Assembly (NCBI GenBank): GCA_950097015.1
Contig: CATNEN010000011.1
Location: 6,014,001-6,078,000 of the forward strand
Reading direction: 5' to 3'
DNA from: Macrostomum hystrix
Lineage: Eukaryota; Animalia; Platyhelminthes
DNA: 64,000 nt
Positions 48,477 to 59,553 of the stretch are shown here, one piece after another. Each line of letters begins with the position of its first letter. Positions within the stretch are counted from its first letter, which is position 1. The notes under the pieces were generated by a model, which worked only from the letters and a program-made list of their open reading frames with translations, did not search any database and was not told the DNA's origin. The translations under genes and the position numbers were made by a program.

Positions 48477-49200
48477 TCACAATCCCATAGTTTGGCACGC
48501 TAGTCTAGCCAGCTGGAAGACAATCTCAACATCTCCATTGCCGTCAATTCGATGCAGTTGACCGATGCGTTGAAACTCGTCGATAACCGGCTGCGTGTCG
48601 GCTAGGAAAGATTGCAATCGTTTAGCCAGGGTGGCCGCATTGTCGTCCGCTCTGTTTCCGGTACGAGCCATGCAGCGCTTTGAACAGACATCGTCAGTCA
48701 CGTCGAAGAGTAGGACGCCAGTGGCTAAAGCGGGGCCGTCGGCAGTGCAGCTGCGCCAACCATTGAGATTGTCCAGATTGCGGGGAAAGCCGTCAATCAG
48801 GAAGCTGGCTGCTCCATCCTGAAGAAATGTGCATAAGAATTTAATGGAAACCTTCAGGTATGGAAACCTTCAGGTATGAATTTTAATCAATAATAATCTT
48901 TTTTCAGCACAAGCCTTATTATTTGCACAAAAGACAAAACAATTTCCATTACCTTTTTGCCACAAGAGAGAGCTGCCATTCTCTCTAGCAATAGTCGGCA
49001 GGTGATCTCAGAGGGCACAATTTGACCAGTTAGCATTCGGTTGGAAATGTCTCTGCCAGTTTTAGTGCCAGCTAATCGGGACAGCTCATGACGCAACAAC
49101 TCACCAGCTGAGATGTGAGCAAAGCCCAGCCTGCTAGCCAGCAACTGGCCTTGGGTGCCCTTGCCACTACCTGGCTTACCCAAAAGGAAGGCTACACGCC
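48477..49200 (-). CDS. CMPK1: UMP-CMP kinase / adenylate kinase family protein; true start not resolved
   Basis: Exons at about 49330/49200-48953 and 48818-48477. P-loop FLLGKPGSGKGTQ, HISAGELLR, GQIVP, FLIDGFPRN, RADDN...KRL..F. Confidence 0.85.
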
Positions 49201-50467
49201 AGCATGGATTGGCTGTCCTACTGCCTGTGGTATTGGCTGATGAGTAGTATCTTAAGATTTTCTGACTGGCTAGTTTGTAGCCAGCAAATCTGCAGCTACC
49301 TTTAAGCAGTATAGTAACTGACCAATGCTGAAATATTTAATATTATATTATATTGCTGAAGTATATATTTATATAACTGAAACAATGAAGAAATAAACTG
49401 AAATCTACCCTACCCTATTTTGACTATAGGCCTAGTAATATAACTAAGAAAAATTAAATTATGAAATTGCAAACAAATTTTTAATTTAGTGAAAAAATGA
49501 AGAGTATATGTGCAATAATCTAGGACGCTAAAAACTAGATTTTTATGTATAAGTGTAGTTTACAATGTTTAGAACTTTATGGCAATGAAAAGTTGAATTT
49601 GCATCTAAAATGATAGTTTTTTTTCAAAACAAGCAACAATATTTTTTATATGAAGTTTTTTTATTTTTCTTCTTTTTTAATTTTATTTAAATGTAAGTTA
49701 AACTATGTTTCATAGGCCTATAGCCTAGTTATATACAAAGTTTGACTTAAAAGTATTTACCAAGTAACCAAGTACCAAGTAAGTAATACTTACTTGCCAC
49801 AGATCAAATGCCACAGAGGCCATTTATATGACTTTTGAAGAGGGCTTAAAGATGACATTAGTGACATTTTACTGCTCAGTAAAATGTCGCTAACATTTAA
49901 AATGGTATGTATAGCATTGAGCTTGGACTTTGCCCACAGACATTTTATCAAGCTAATATCAATGCCCATGGCCACATTGAAATCGGATGTTGTACATGCT
50001 GACTGGTGACTGCTGACCTGAGTTTAGCACCAATTTAAAAATTGTAATCTCACACAGCACTTTGTGAAAATGCAGTTTAAAGAGAAAAATAATTAAGCAT
50101 GCGAAAGTGCAAGATAGCCATTTCAGTTTTCAGATTGTTGGCATGGTATTTTCATGGTTATTTGAAATTTGCAAGTGATGCATATATAGATTTAAATTTA
50201 AATTTTTAATTACTTAAGTAATGCAGGCAAGGCACGCAATGTAGGCCGTACACTATCTAAATCTAATGCAATCGGCAATTGCCTAGACAATAAAATGTTT
50301 GATTTGAACAAACTTATTCTAGCAATAGAATATTTACAACACAGTATCAACGAATTAGGCTATAGCAGTTTCCATTAGAAAATACAAAACAAAACACATT
50401 ATTATACACCTTGATTGATAATGTTAGCAATGCAATGAGCAGCACACACGCTAGCACTCAACGCGAT

Positions 50468-50489
50468 TTCTCGAAATTTCTAGAACTTC
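50468..50489. promoter_or_regulatory. Canonical heat-shock element
   Basis: TTCtcGAAatTTCtaGAA (four perfectly spaced inverted units) plus an offset TTC. Confidence 0.6.
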
Positions 50490-50893
50490 TAAGATATTAT
50501 TTGCACTTTTTATTAGTATAACAAGCATTTAATCTATAGACGATGCTTTTAAAGCATTTTCTTTCTTGAGTAAGTTTTAATAGAAAAAATATTTTAAGTG
50601 ATCGATTTTTTGCATAAGTAAGATTTATAAAGCTAAAGTAATTAATGTTATTGGGAACGTAATATACTTACTTTAGAACTTAAAGGCATCATTGATTACT
50701 TAAAAGAACTCGCTTGGGACAGTACTTTTTGTGGACGTGCAGATTAAGTTTTAACAGAAATGATACATTTTTTAGCTTCTCGCTACTTTAAGCGGACGAC
50801 ATGTCGATTAAGAAGTCAATCTAGCCAACCGATTATTTAATCGAGGCGCGCTTATCTTGCCCTAGCTGCAGCGATCGATAGAGGCGCCTGAAA

Positions 50894-51363
50894 TCTATAT
50901 ATATAAAAGTGAAAACTCTGTCTGTGTGTGTGTGTGTCTGTCTGTGTGTGTGCAACCTTTTGTCTTTATAGACGCCGAAACCGCTCAACCAAATCGCACC
51001 AAACTTTGCACATACCTAAAACCACCTACGCTGAGTGCAATAGGCTACTCAAATTCCCGAAAAATCATTTCCTTCCTGCTCAAAAGTGCAAAAAACTGCT
51101 CAAAAATCGTCAAAAAATCACTCAATTCGACATATCGTCGCCCCACTTTGTCAGATTTTCTCCAAGTTTGATCCACTTACACTTTACATGTTTTCCAACA
51201 ATGCTGTCAATTTTGAACATCTCTACTCAATCCAGAGCAAAGCTGCATCATCTCAAAGTGAGTCACTTTTTGTTTTCCGAGGACAGCCACCCCAACTCCC
51301 CTCCGCCACTCTGCGGGCCAAATTTTCATCTAACGGCCGCCGGCTAGCCGACACTTCCACTAG
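50894..51363 (+). mobile_element. Short non-autonomous Helitron-like element
   Basis: a|TCTATATATATAAAAGTG 5' end, (tg/tctg)n microsatellite, ccgctcaacc motif, 3' palindrome cggctagccg, then CTAG|t; inserted at an AT dinucleotide. Confidence 0.75.
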
Positions 51364-53337
51364 TCAAAAAATACTCGGCTAGCCGGGTGATTCCACGTGG
51401 ACCCACGGGGGGCTAGCCTTACTGGCGGTGGCCTTGGGGGAATTGCATTCCTAACCCACGTGCATGTAGTAAGAAACTATATAAATAACTTATTTCCAAA
51501 CATATAGGGAAGCCATTTTTACGGCGTAGTGTAGAATAACTTCGACTAAGTAGCTCAATGAGATACATGAGATACATACATGACAAGGCCATTTTTCAAA
51601 AGAAACCAAACTAGAATCCTTGTCCCTAGAACTCAAAGAACTCGATATGGAAAACTCTTGCATAATGAATTATAGCTTTTTGGCTAGAACGGCAAGTACT
51701 ATATACAAAACAGGCATATATGCATTTTAGAAATGAAATAGATGACAGATTAATAGAAAGGAGGAATGAAAAGAAAAAATGACAAAAAGTGAAAAAGTTT
51801 TATTTCGTCAATTACAAAAATCAGTAGTGGTTGGTAATCGAGCTAGGGACCTTCCGCATGCGAGGATTCAGCGCTACTCAACAATCTACACAGACTTGAT
51901 AGAAGTGAAGGGAAAAAATGTTATTATACTGGCTGGTAGAAAGCCCAACTTAAAAGTTCTTTATCGTTCTTAATCGTTCTTTCATTCTTATTTATTCTAT
52001 ACCGTAACAGTTGAACCTAAAATCTGTAATTTAGAAGATACAAGAGAGAATAAGTATACAATTATAAATATAGGAATGAATAAGTAGAAGCTAGGTATGT
52101 AAGTATGCATAATTTAAAAATTTGGCGCGTTCCGATGCACAAGATTGAGATTCTAAATAGAGGAAGAGGGACTGTGTTTCGTACATTAATAAGATAATAG
52201 TTTGGTATCTTATCTCCCTCCCGAGTTCCGGCCAACAAATGAATTAGTAATGAATTTCGATTGCTAGGGACCATTGAAAGGTTACACGATCGATCATAAC
52301 CAATTGTGAATTATTTGATATTTTTTTGTTTTCTGCAATCTAAATTCGAAATTTATTCATATACATTCTGTTTTTATTAAACGTTGCTTCATTTTGTGTT
52401 CATATGTGTTTATTTTGGTACGTCCCAATTCCTTCACGCAAACTAAACTCCCGGACGATAAAATGTTACGTAAACACGTTAAAACAAAACAAACGCTAAA
52501 AACAAAACGTAGAATTAGTAAAAAATCTCATTTTATTGCACAAAAATTAAAATTGCTTTAACAGTTTTTAGTTACAGACAAGCGCTTTATTGACTTAAAA
52601 TTTAAATTTTAAATTACAGTTTTTGCGGTTGTTTTATTCCTATCCAATATTCTATCCTATTCTATTGTAGTATAACTGGGTTTGAATGCCGCGAATTTAA
52701 ACAGTTTTACTACAGCAATTTAACGTCTTCAGTTTACACGCCGCGCCGCGCCTTACACTTACAATCGATTGCAGCGCGCTTTTCAAACTGGTGCGATTAT
52801 ATTTTAATTAGACAACGATTAAAATAATTTATAATTAATATTTGCATTATTTTCAAGGGTCATAAAAGTAGAAATTAATAACATAATAATGTTATTTGCA
52901 ATCGCTATAGTTACTGTATAGCAACAATTAAATATTTAGCGCAATTTTAAAAGAACATTTCCAGCCGCACTACACTATGCTATCCTAAACCGATTAGGTT
53001 ACTTGTGTTAATTATCTACTGATACTACTAGGCCTACTAGATAATAGATCTATTCTTAAATCTTTAATTTATTTTGAAGTCTCAGTCAAAAGCATTGCGA
53101 TTTTTTTGTCGCAGCGCATTTTTATTGCAAAATAGTAAATATAAAGTTTCTAATTAATTTAGATTAAATCGTCAAATTAGCTATTTGTTAAGGTAAGTAT
53201 GACCGTCAGTGCTTTCTATTCACTCATATTTTCCTTAAATATGTTGCCCGTAGTTGTATAGACAACTAATATAATTAATAATTTTTTATTAACCATGCTT
53301 CCAGGGCCTAGCTGTGTCCCATAGGAAGTGCTTATTC

Positions 53338-53455
53338 ACATGGTCCTATGCTGATAATTTCAATTTTATCCACGTGGTCCTATGCTGATAATTTCAATTT
53401 TATCCACGTGGTCCTATGCTTATAATTTCAATTTTATCCATATGAATCCATGCTC
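53338..53455. repeat. 34-bp tandem repeat, about 3.5 copies (ccacgtggtcctatgctgataatttcaattttat)
   Basis: Copies start at about 53336, 53370 and 53404, then degenerate. Confidence 0.8.
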
Positions 53456-53498
53456 AAAATTTATGCTTATCTGCTGGTGTTTTGTTTTGCAATCAGTC

Positions 53499-53867
53499 CT
53501 AAAAACAGACTGGCTGGCTGCCTACATCGATCACCCTCAAACTGCAGCCAATTAAACCTGCCACAGAAAATGAATTCCACTGAGCAATGTAGAGAGCCTG
53601 GCACTTGCTGTCACAGCTAAGACCTGTGATTTCCTTTGGCAAATCAAAATCCCTCTGGGCTTTAAGACAGACAGACCCATCAATTGAAAAGGCAAGAATC
53701 TCATAACTTTAGTCTCCATGTAAAACGGAACAAAAAGGGAGCCTCACAGTGATATCACCTGCACAATTCTCTCTCACTAGCTGGCCTGAAGAATCAGCAA
53801 CAAAAGTTTTAGTGTTGGAGCACAATGCAATAAATCTAGGATTGCCTAGACTTTCCAGCTCACCAGA
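53499..53867 (-). pseudogene. Disrupted NHL/beta-propeller-like exon
   Basis: After a ttccag acceptor: SGELESLGNPRFIALCSNTKTFVADSS...HGD*SYEILAFSIDG...PKEITGLSCDSKCQALYIAQWNS, with one in-frame TAA at 53711-53709. Confidence 0.35.
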
Positions 53868-54314
53868 CTGGAATAAACATAATCCAACAATCATATGTAC
53901 AAAAACATTCAAGACACAATAGTTTTGATGACTATAGTTGGTTGTAGTGTCTCAAACAAACTTTTCTTGTACAACACTTAAGCATGCAGATAACGCCTAT
54001 GCCATATCTATCCATAGTGTGGATCATGTAGTGCAGACAAGAATTTTCCTGTGTGTATTTTCAGAAGTGGCATGCAGTGGTGTACAAATTGGTCAGTGGC
54101 CTGCATAATGCACACTACATAATTACACTGGCATGGCAATGTTGCCAATGCATTTATGCATGCAGCAAAAAACATATTCAACTTTTTTTTAAATCTATTG
54201 TATATTAACAGTATAAATAGAGAAACAAAAATTAACATTTGTCTCCACTTGATTTGTGTTGCCTATGGATGAGTTAGCTCTATGTAGCAATGTATGCAGT
54301 GCGCTGCACGTGGC

Positions 54315-54480
54315 CTACATCTTGAATGTGCATTGACTTCCAAGTTGCAGGTACTGCTTGACTGTTTTCACCTGCCTGTGACCAGTCACTTTACAGATAT
54401 TGGCATTTGAGTAACCAACATCAGAAAACTCCTTGCAGAGCTATTGCTGCGGCTGCCTCATGGAATGGTTGGAGCAGCAA
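54315..54480 (-). pseudogene. Tyrosine recombinase C-terminal remnant (Crypton-like)
   Basis: One frame reads SNHSMR....*LCKEFSDVGYSNANICKVTGHRQVKTVKQY, i.e. HxxR, GH and the catalytic Y in the correct order, with an internal stop. Confidence 0.5.
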
Positions 54481-54825
54481 ATCAAACATGTCGACACCGG
54501 TGACGCCCATCTGAAGTGGTCCCAGACCCTCTGACTTGGCCACCAGCTGGAACATGTCCATGGCGGCAAGAAGGTCGCTGCTGTTAGCGGCCTGATTATG
54601 CGAACATCCGATGGGATTCCAATTGCTCTAACAGACATTTGACATTGTTCTAAAATAAGAAAATGCAATGAAATTTACAGAATTTTATCATGTAGTCTAA
54701 AAATTTACTGCAACATGCTAACAAAATATGTGTTAAATTATATTCACCTCATTGAAATTGGAAGGAAATCCATGGAAGTAAAGACGAAAATTTTCAAAGT
54801 CGTTTCTGAAATATTTGTTTTTATA

Positions 54826-55790
54826 CGTAGGGTGTCCCAGAATTAGCGGGAAAAATCGATGCTCAGGCAAACTGGTGCAACATAGTTTATTGAAACTTAC
54901 GTCACTGATATATAAACATTCAGCAGTTCTAATGCTTTTTAAATCAAGTAAATATGTCAACTCATTAAAAAGTTTTAGCTAAAATTAGAACAAGGGGTAA
55001 GGGGTAGAGTTACACCAAGTCAAGGCCAGCGGAATCGGTCACGCAGCATCGCCATTGCTGACCTACTTCTTTGACTTAGCGGCAGGGAGCCTCCATGACA
55101 GACGCAGCGAGGAGGCGGCCGGTGCCGCCCATATCGCTAACCCCTGGCAGCATCGCCATCGCCGTCGACTGACGACTTTTCGACGAAGTCCCCCTTAGCT
55201 CGCAGCACTTAGTCCATCGCGTGAGAAGCGCATTGATGGCATCTGCATAAGCTCGACGCGGAATTTCGTGCAGCAGAACCCGCCTGAATTCACCTTCCAA
55301 GTTGTCGCGATGGTCAAAGATGCGCCCCCGCAGGTGCTTCTTTAACTGAGGGAAAATTGCGTAGTCGCAAGGAGCTAAGTCTGGTGAGTAGGGTGGGTGC
55401 GCAAGCAGATCAAAATTGAGTTCGTTGATACGATCAAGCGTTTTCTTGGCCGTGTGAGGTCGAGCGTTGTCGTGCAACAGGAGGTGAGGCTTCATCGCAG
55501 CCCTGCGCTTGTTGCGGATGTCTGATTTCATCTTAGTCAGCGTCTCCGTGTACCGGTCCGAGTTAACCGTGCTGTTAGGCCCAAGGAAGTCGATGGTCAG
55601 GGTTAGACCCAGAAGGGTCAGGTCAACCTTCTTGATCGAAGAAAAGGGTCAGCATGATCTTCTTGCAGTGCTGGTCTCGCTTCGCTTTCACAGGTGGATC
55701 TGAACCCTTCAACGCCCACACCTTGCTTTCTGCTTGGTCTCAGGGTCAAAGTGCGGTATCCAGGTTTCATTGCCGGTCACCAGATAGGGT
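54826..55790 (-). mobile_element. 5'-truncated, frameshifted mariner (DD34D) element
   Basis: VTGNETWIPHFDPETKQKS...KIMLTLFFD, then a frameshift, then IDFL...TVNSDRY...LLLHDNARPH...HPPYSPDLAPCDY..F. Tc1/mariner-like end TA|cgtagggtgtccc at about 54824-54837. Confidence 0.88.
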
Positions 55791-56557
55791 GTATCTGGTA
55801 TTCGCTCGTATTTTAAGCGAATTTTTTTGAAGTTCTGTAAATTCTGTAAATTACCGAACTAGGCTACAACAAGCAAAAACAATTACAGTTTAGCATATGA
55901 TAGCTGCCTAAATTCCTGATGTACATAAATATATATCTCGGCTCCATTAGTAAAAAACACTAACCTGGCAGTTCAATCGCCCAACAGGCTACCTTCTGCC
56001 GCATTCATTTGAGCTGAAATTGGTAGGGATATTATACTCAAATCGCCAGAAGTATAATATCGCCAACTTAAATACTAACGTTAGTTTCCCTTTTGATTAG
56101 TCAAGATTAGTAAACATAGAAGCACAGCCGTTAATTGGCTGCGAACTTTTAATATCTGATTCAATATTGGGAACACTTTGAACTGCAGACTTCACCTCTA
56201 AGTTGTTTAAAGTACTTATTGGTCTCAGTTGCTGCAAGCTGTTGAAACATGGCACAATGATTTCAACCGCTACAACATATTGAACAGAAACTACTTAAAA
56301 ATAAATGAAAACGAAAAGTAATAAATTCCAGATCTACCTATCAATCAGACGAGCCAAGAGCTTTCACCTTCAAAGGCATTTTCCGGTAGATTATTTAACT
56401 CTTAGTCGTTATGATTATATTATTATATATTTTGCGGTGCCCTAAAGTAGTGGATACAAATAATAAGGATTCAAATAGTCCTGGTCAAACATGATATTTG
56501 TTGCATTATTAAACTTCATTAAATCAAATTAAAGTAAGTACATTTTACTTATTTCAG

Positions 56558-59050
56558 ATGTACCGTTTTAAAACCCTGAAGAAAACACGCAAGGTAACTT
56601 ACGTTTCTGGCCTGCGTGGACGACCAAGATCAACAAAATACTCTGCCGGTAAAGACTGTTGGAATCAACATAGTGCTAAATCTGCAGTTCAAAACACTTC
56701 TGGCACGTCCAGTTCTGTTTTTCAAGAAGCAGATTTCGACTTTGAAAGTTCGTCCGATTGCTTTATCGAGTGGGAAAATTATGATTCATTTGTTGAAAAT
56801 TGTTCACCGAGTTATCGGAAGTCATTTATTTTGAGCCAGTGCATACGCTGCCGAGAAAACCAAGGTATTTTTCGCTGTATAACCTGTAACGTGGATCTAT
56901 GTGCTGACTGCAAGGAAGTAACTCATGGAGATTTCGTTGCTCATAAATTTCTACTCTGGAATGTAAGCAAACCTACATATATTTAGTGATCTTTAGCTCA
57001 TAAGTGCACTTTTTTAAACGAAACAAGAAAAAAAGATCTCAACAGCAATTTTAGCGTCCAGGCAAAAGTTTTTACATGTGCAGCATGCGACACCTGTTGT
57101 GCTTTGCTGTCTCAGGGCTACTTCCCAGCAACGGCTTCATCAGATGGCGAATGTTTAACTTTTTTTTTCCTTTAGTTTCCTTTCACTTCTTGATTCAATG
57201 TGCATGGATGGACAGTTGCCTATGCATAGAGCAATTCACTCATTCTTTAAGGGCACAGTCGTGGGACAAGGTTGCTGGAGTCCAGACTTAGCGAAGAGTG
57301 TCTACCAACGTATTCAGCGGTACGGTGTACTTTTGCGCTTTCGCGAGTTGCAAAACCATAATTCATGTTGGCCAAAAACATGCCTAAGTTGCCCAGAAAA
57401 AAACTCTAAACGCAAGACTGTTCTATGTGGGGATGGTCTCTTCGGTTGGCAGCAATTTGCAGCGTCGGGTGGAAAGCAGAAGGATTTACCAGGTGATGGT
57501 CGTATTTTGCCTGAACCTCTTATTTACGTAGATGGAAATTCTCAACAATGTTCTACTGTCCATCATCCTGAGCCTGACAGTTGTCCTAACTGGAGAGCTG
57601 GTAGTACAACTAAAGAGACCTCGAGAGGTGCCTCACGGAACAACGTCTATGGATTCTTTGGTCTGTTCTGCAGACACAATAGGCTTGAGACAGGGTGTGA
57701 TATAAATACTCCAGGAGAGCGTCTTTGCTATCCAGAGGAATGCCTGCTTCATTATTTAAAAACGACGCCAGTGTCAAAGCATCTACTGTTTATTTATGAC
57801 GTTGGTGAGTAATCCGATTTAACATGCGTACAGTTTAAATCATATCATTATAATTCATACTTCGTGCAAAATATTTTTAACAGTTTTCCAAAAAATATTG
57901 AAAGTGGCATAAAAAGTTTTCTTGCTCGAATATACTCGAAATCGTTTCAATTTCAGGTTGTCGTGTCTCCAATCGGGTCAAGTCTATCGTTGCACAGTCC
58001 GGGGCTGATGTCCATAGCAGCATGTGTGCTGTTAATGCGTTTCACGTCCTTGGACATAAAACTAGCTGTCAGCTGAATCTATCCGTACGCGTTACTCCGG
58101 GAGCTGGCTTGTGTGACGGTGAGCATTCTGAACGAGCCTGGGCTGCCTTAAGACCGTATGGAAAGTTTTTTAAGTACATGCGGAATGATCGGAGGACAAT
58201 GTCCATATCCCATATTTTACACAATTTCAATGCTCAACAACTTTTAAATGCACATGTGTGGTTTGCGCAAAGGTTGAAATTGATTACAACTACCTCTACA
58301 GCAATAAAAAACGAAATTCAAGCTCTAATGCATGAAATGGCTGTCTTAAAAAATTCTGGTTGTATTGACACTCGCTTTGACGTATCGGATGAGCAGATTC
58401 TGGTCTTAGGCCAGCAATGGCATATGGAATCAATTTCGGGTCACGCCTCTCTTGAAGAAGATACGCTGGGCTCTTTAAGGTCAGTTGCCACTCAAAGAAT
58501 ATATTGGCTTAGAGAACTTGGTACTTCCACAGGTCAAAGTCGAACAAAAAGTTGTGCTCGTAGAGTTTTTAGTCTAACTTCGGAAATGCAGAAACTCTAT
58601 TCCAAATTGCCACAAAACGATAGACCAACTTTTACAGAACTTCAAAACCCTCAGCATAGCTTCTATTCCGGAATTGCTAAAAACGATTTTACAGGAAGCT
58701 TTCGTAGACGCGCCATTGACGTAAGTCATAAAAAAGAGAGGCTTGATGAGGAAAAAAACTTTCTTTTTGATGAATGGCGTGATATTCAGAAGCGTATTCA
58801 AGAGCATTGTATAACTTTAGAAGGTCAACCAGGTCTACCGGCACACTTTCACCGACTGTTTCAGATTATTTACCGGCAAATTGAAAGTGTCCCTATAGCA
58901 ATGCTCTCAGTCAACCAAGACTCAATCCAAAGTTTAACTCCCACGGTTGACAGTTTAGACAAAAATGATTCTAACGAACGACTGGACGATCTAGATAACT
59001 CATTCAATTCAGCATCAGATGATTCTGATGATGACGAGACCGCGTGTTAA
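56558..59050 (+). mobile_element. KDZ (Kyakuja-Dileera-Zisupton) transposase gene with introns, CxC-like domain and B-box-like zinc finger
   Basis: B-box-like CIRC...C..C.VDLCADC...H...AH; CxC-like CAAC...LLSQGYFPAT; catalytic-core motifs LCGDGLF, GLFCRH...GE, and YDVG|C across a GT-AG intron at 57805-57956, then FHVLGH..SCQ...GAGLCDGEHSERAW. Confidence 0.8.
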
Positions 59051-59150
59051 ATATATATTAGCAGCTAAGTGCATCAAACCAAAAAGTCTCATAATATTTA
59101 AGTCAAAATGCAACACTTTACTATTAAGTATCTGCTATCTGACACAAAAA

Positions 59151-59553
59151 AATGCTGGGACTGTCAATGTGCATTCATTGCTTTGACATTTTTCCCTCTG
59201 CAAAAAACTAATGCTGGGATTGTCAATGTGCATTCATTGCTTTGACATTTTTCCCTCTGCAAAAAACTAATGCTGGGATTGTCAATGTGCATTCATTGCT
59301 TTGACATTTTTCCCTCTGCATAAAACTAATGCTGGGATTGTCAATGTGCATTCATTGCTTTGACATTTTTCCCTCTGCATAAAACTAATGCTGGGATTGT
59401 CAATGTGCATTCATTGCTTTGACATTTTTCCTCTGCATAAAACTAATGCTGGGATTGTCAATGTGCATTCATTGCTTTGACATTTTTCCCTCTGCATAAA
59501 ACTAATGCTGGGATTGTCAATGTGCATTCATTGCTTTGACATTTTCCCTCTGC
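59151..59553. repeat. 59-bp tandem repeat, about 6.8 copies, each an imperfect palindrome
   Basis: aatgctgggattgtcaatgtgcattcattgctttgacatttttccctctgca(a/t)aaaact; period 59 (starts 59151, 59210, 59269). Confidence 0.93.

Noticed and set aside
49790-49975. 61-aa ORF as the first coding exon of the kinase
   Set aside because: Its donor is phase 2 and gives stops with both nearby acceptors; more likely a UTR or non-coding exon.
51825-51910. tRNA-like sequence on the minus strand
   Set aside because: No complete cloverleaf; at best a decayed SINE head, too weak to annotate.
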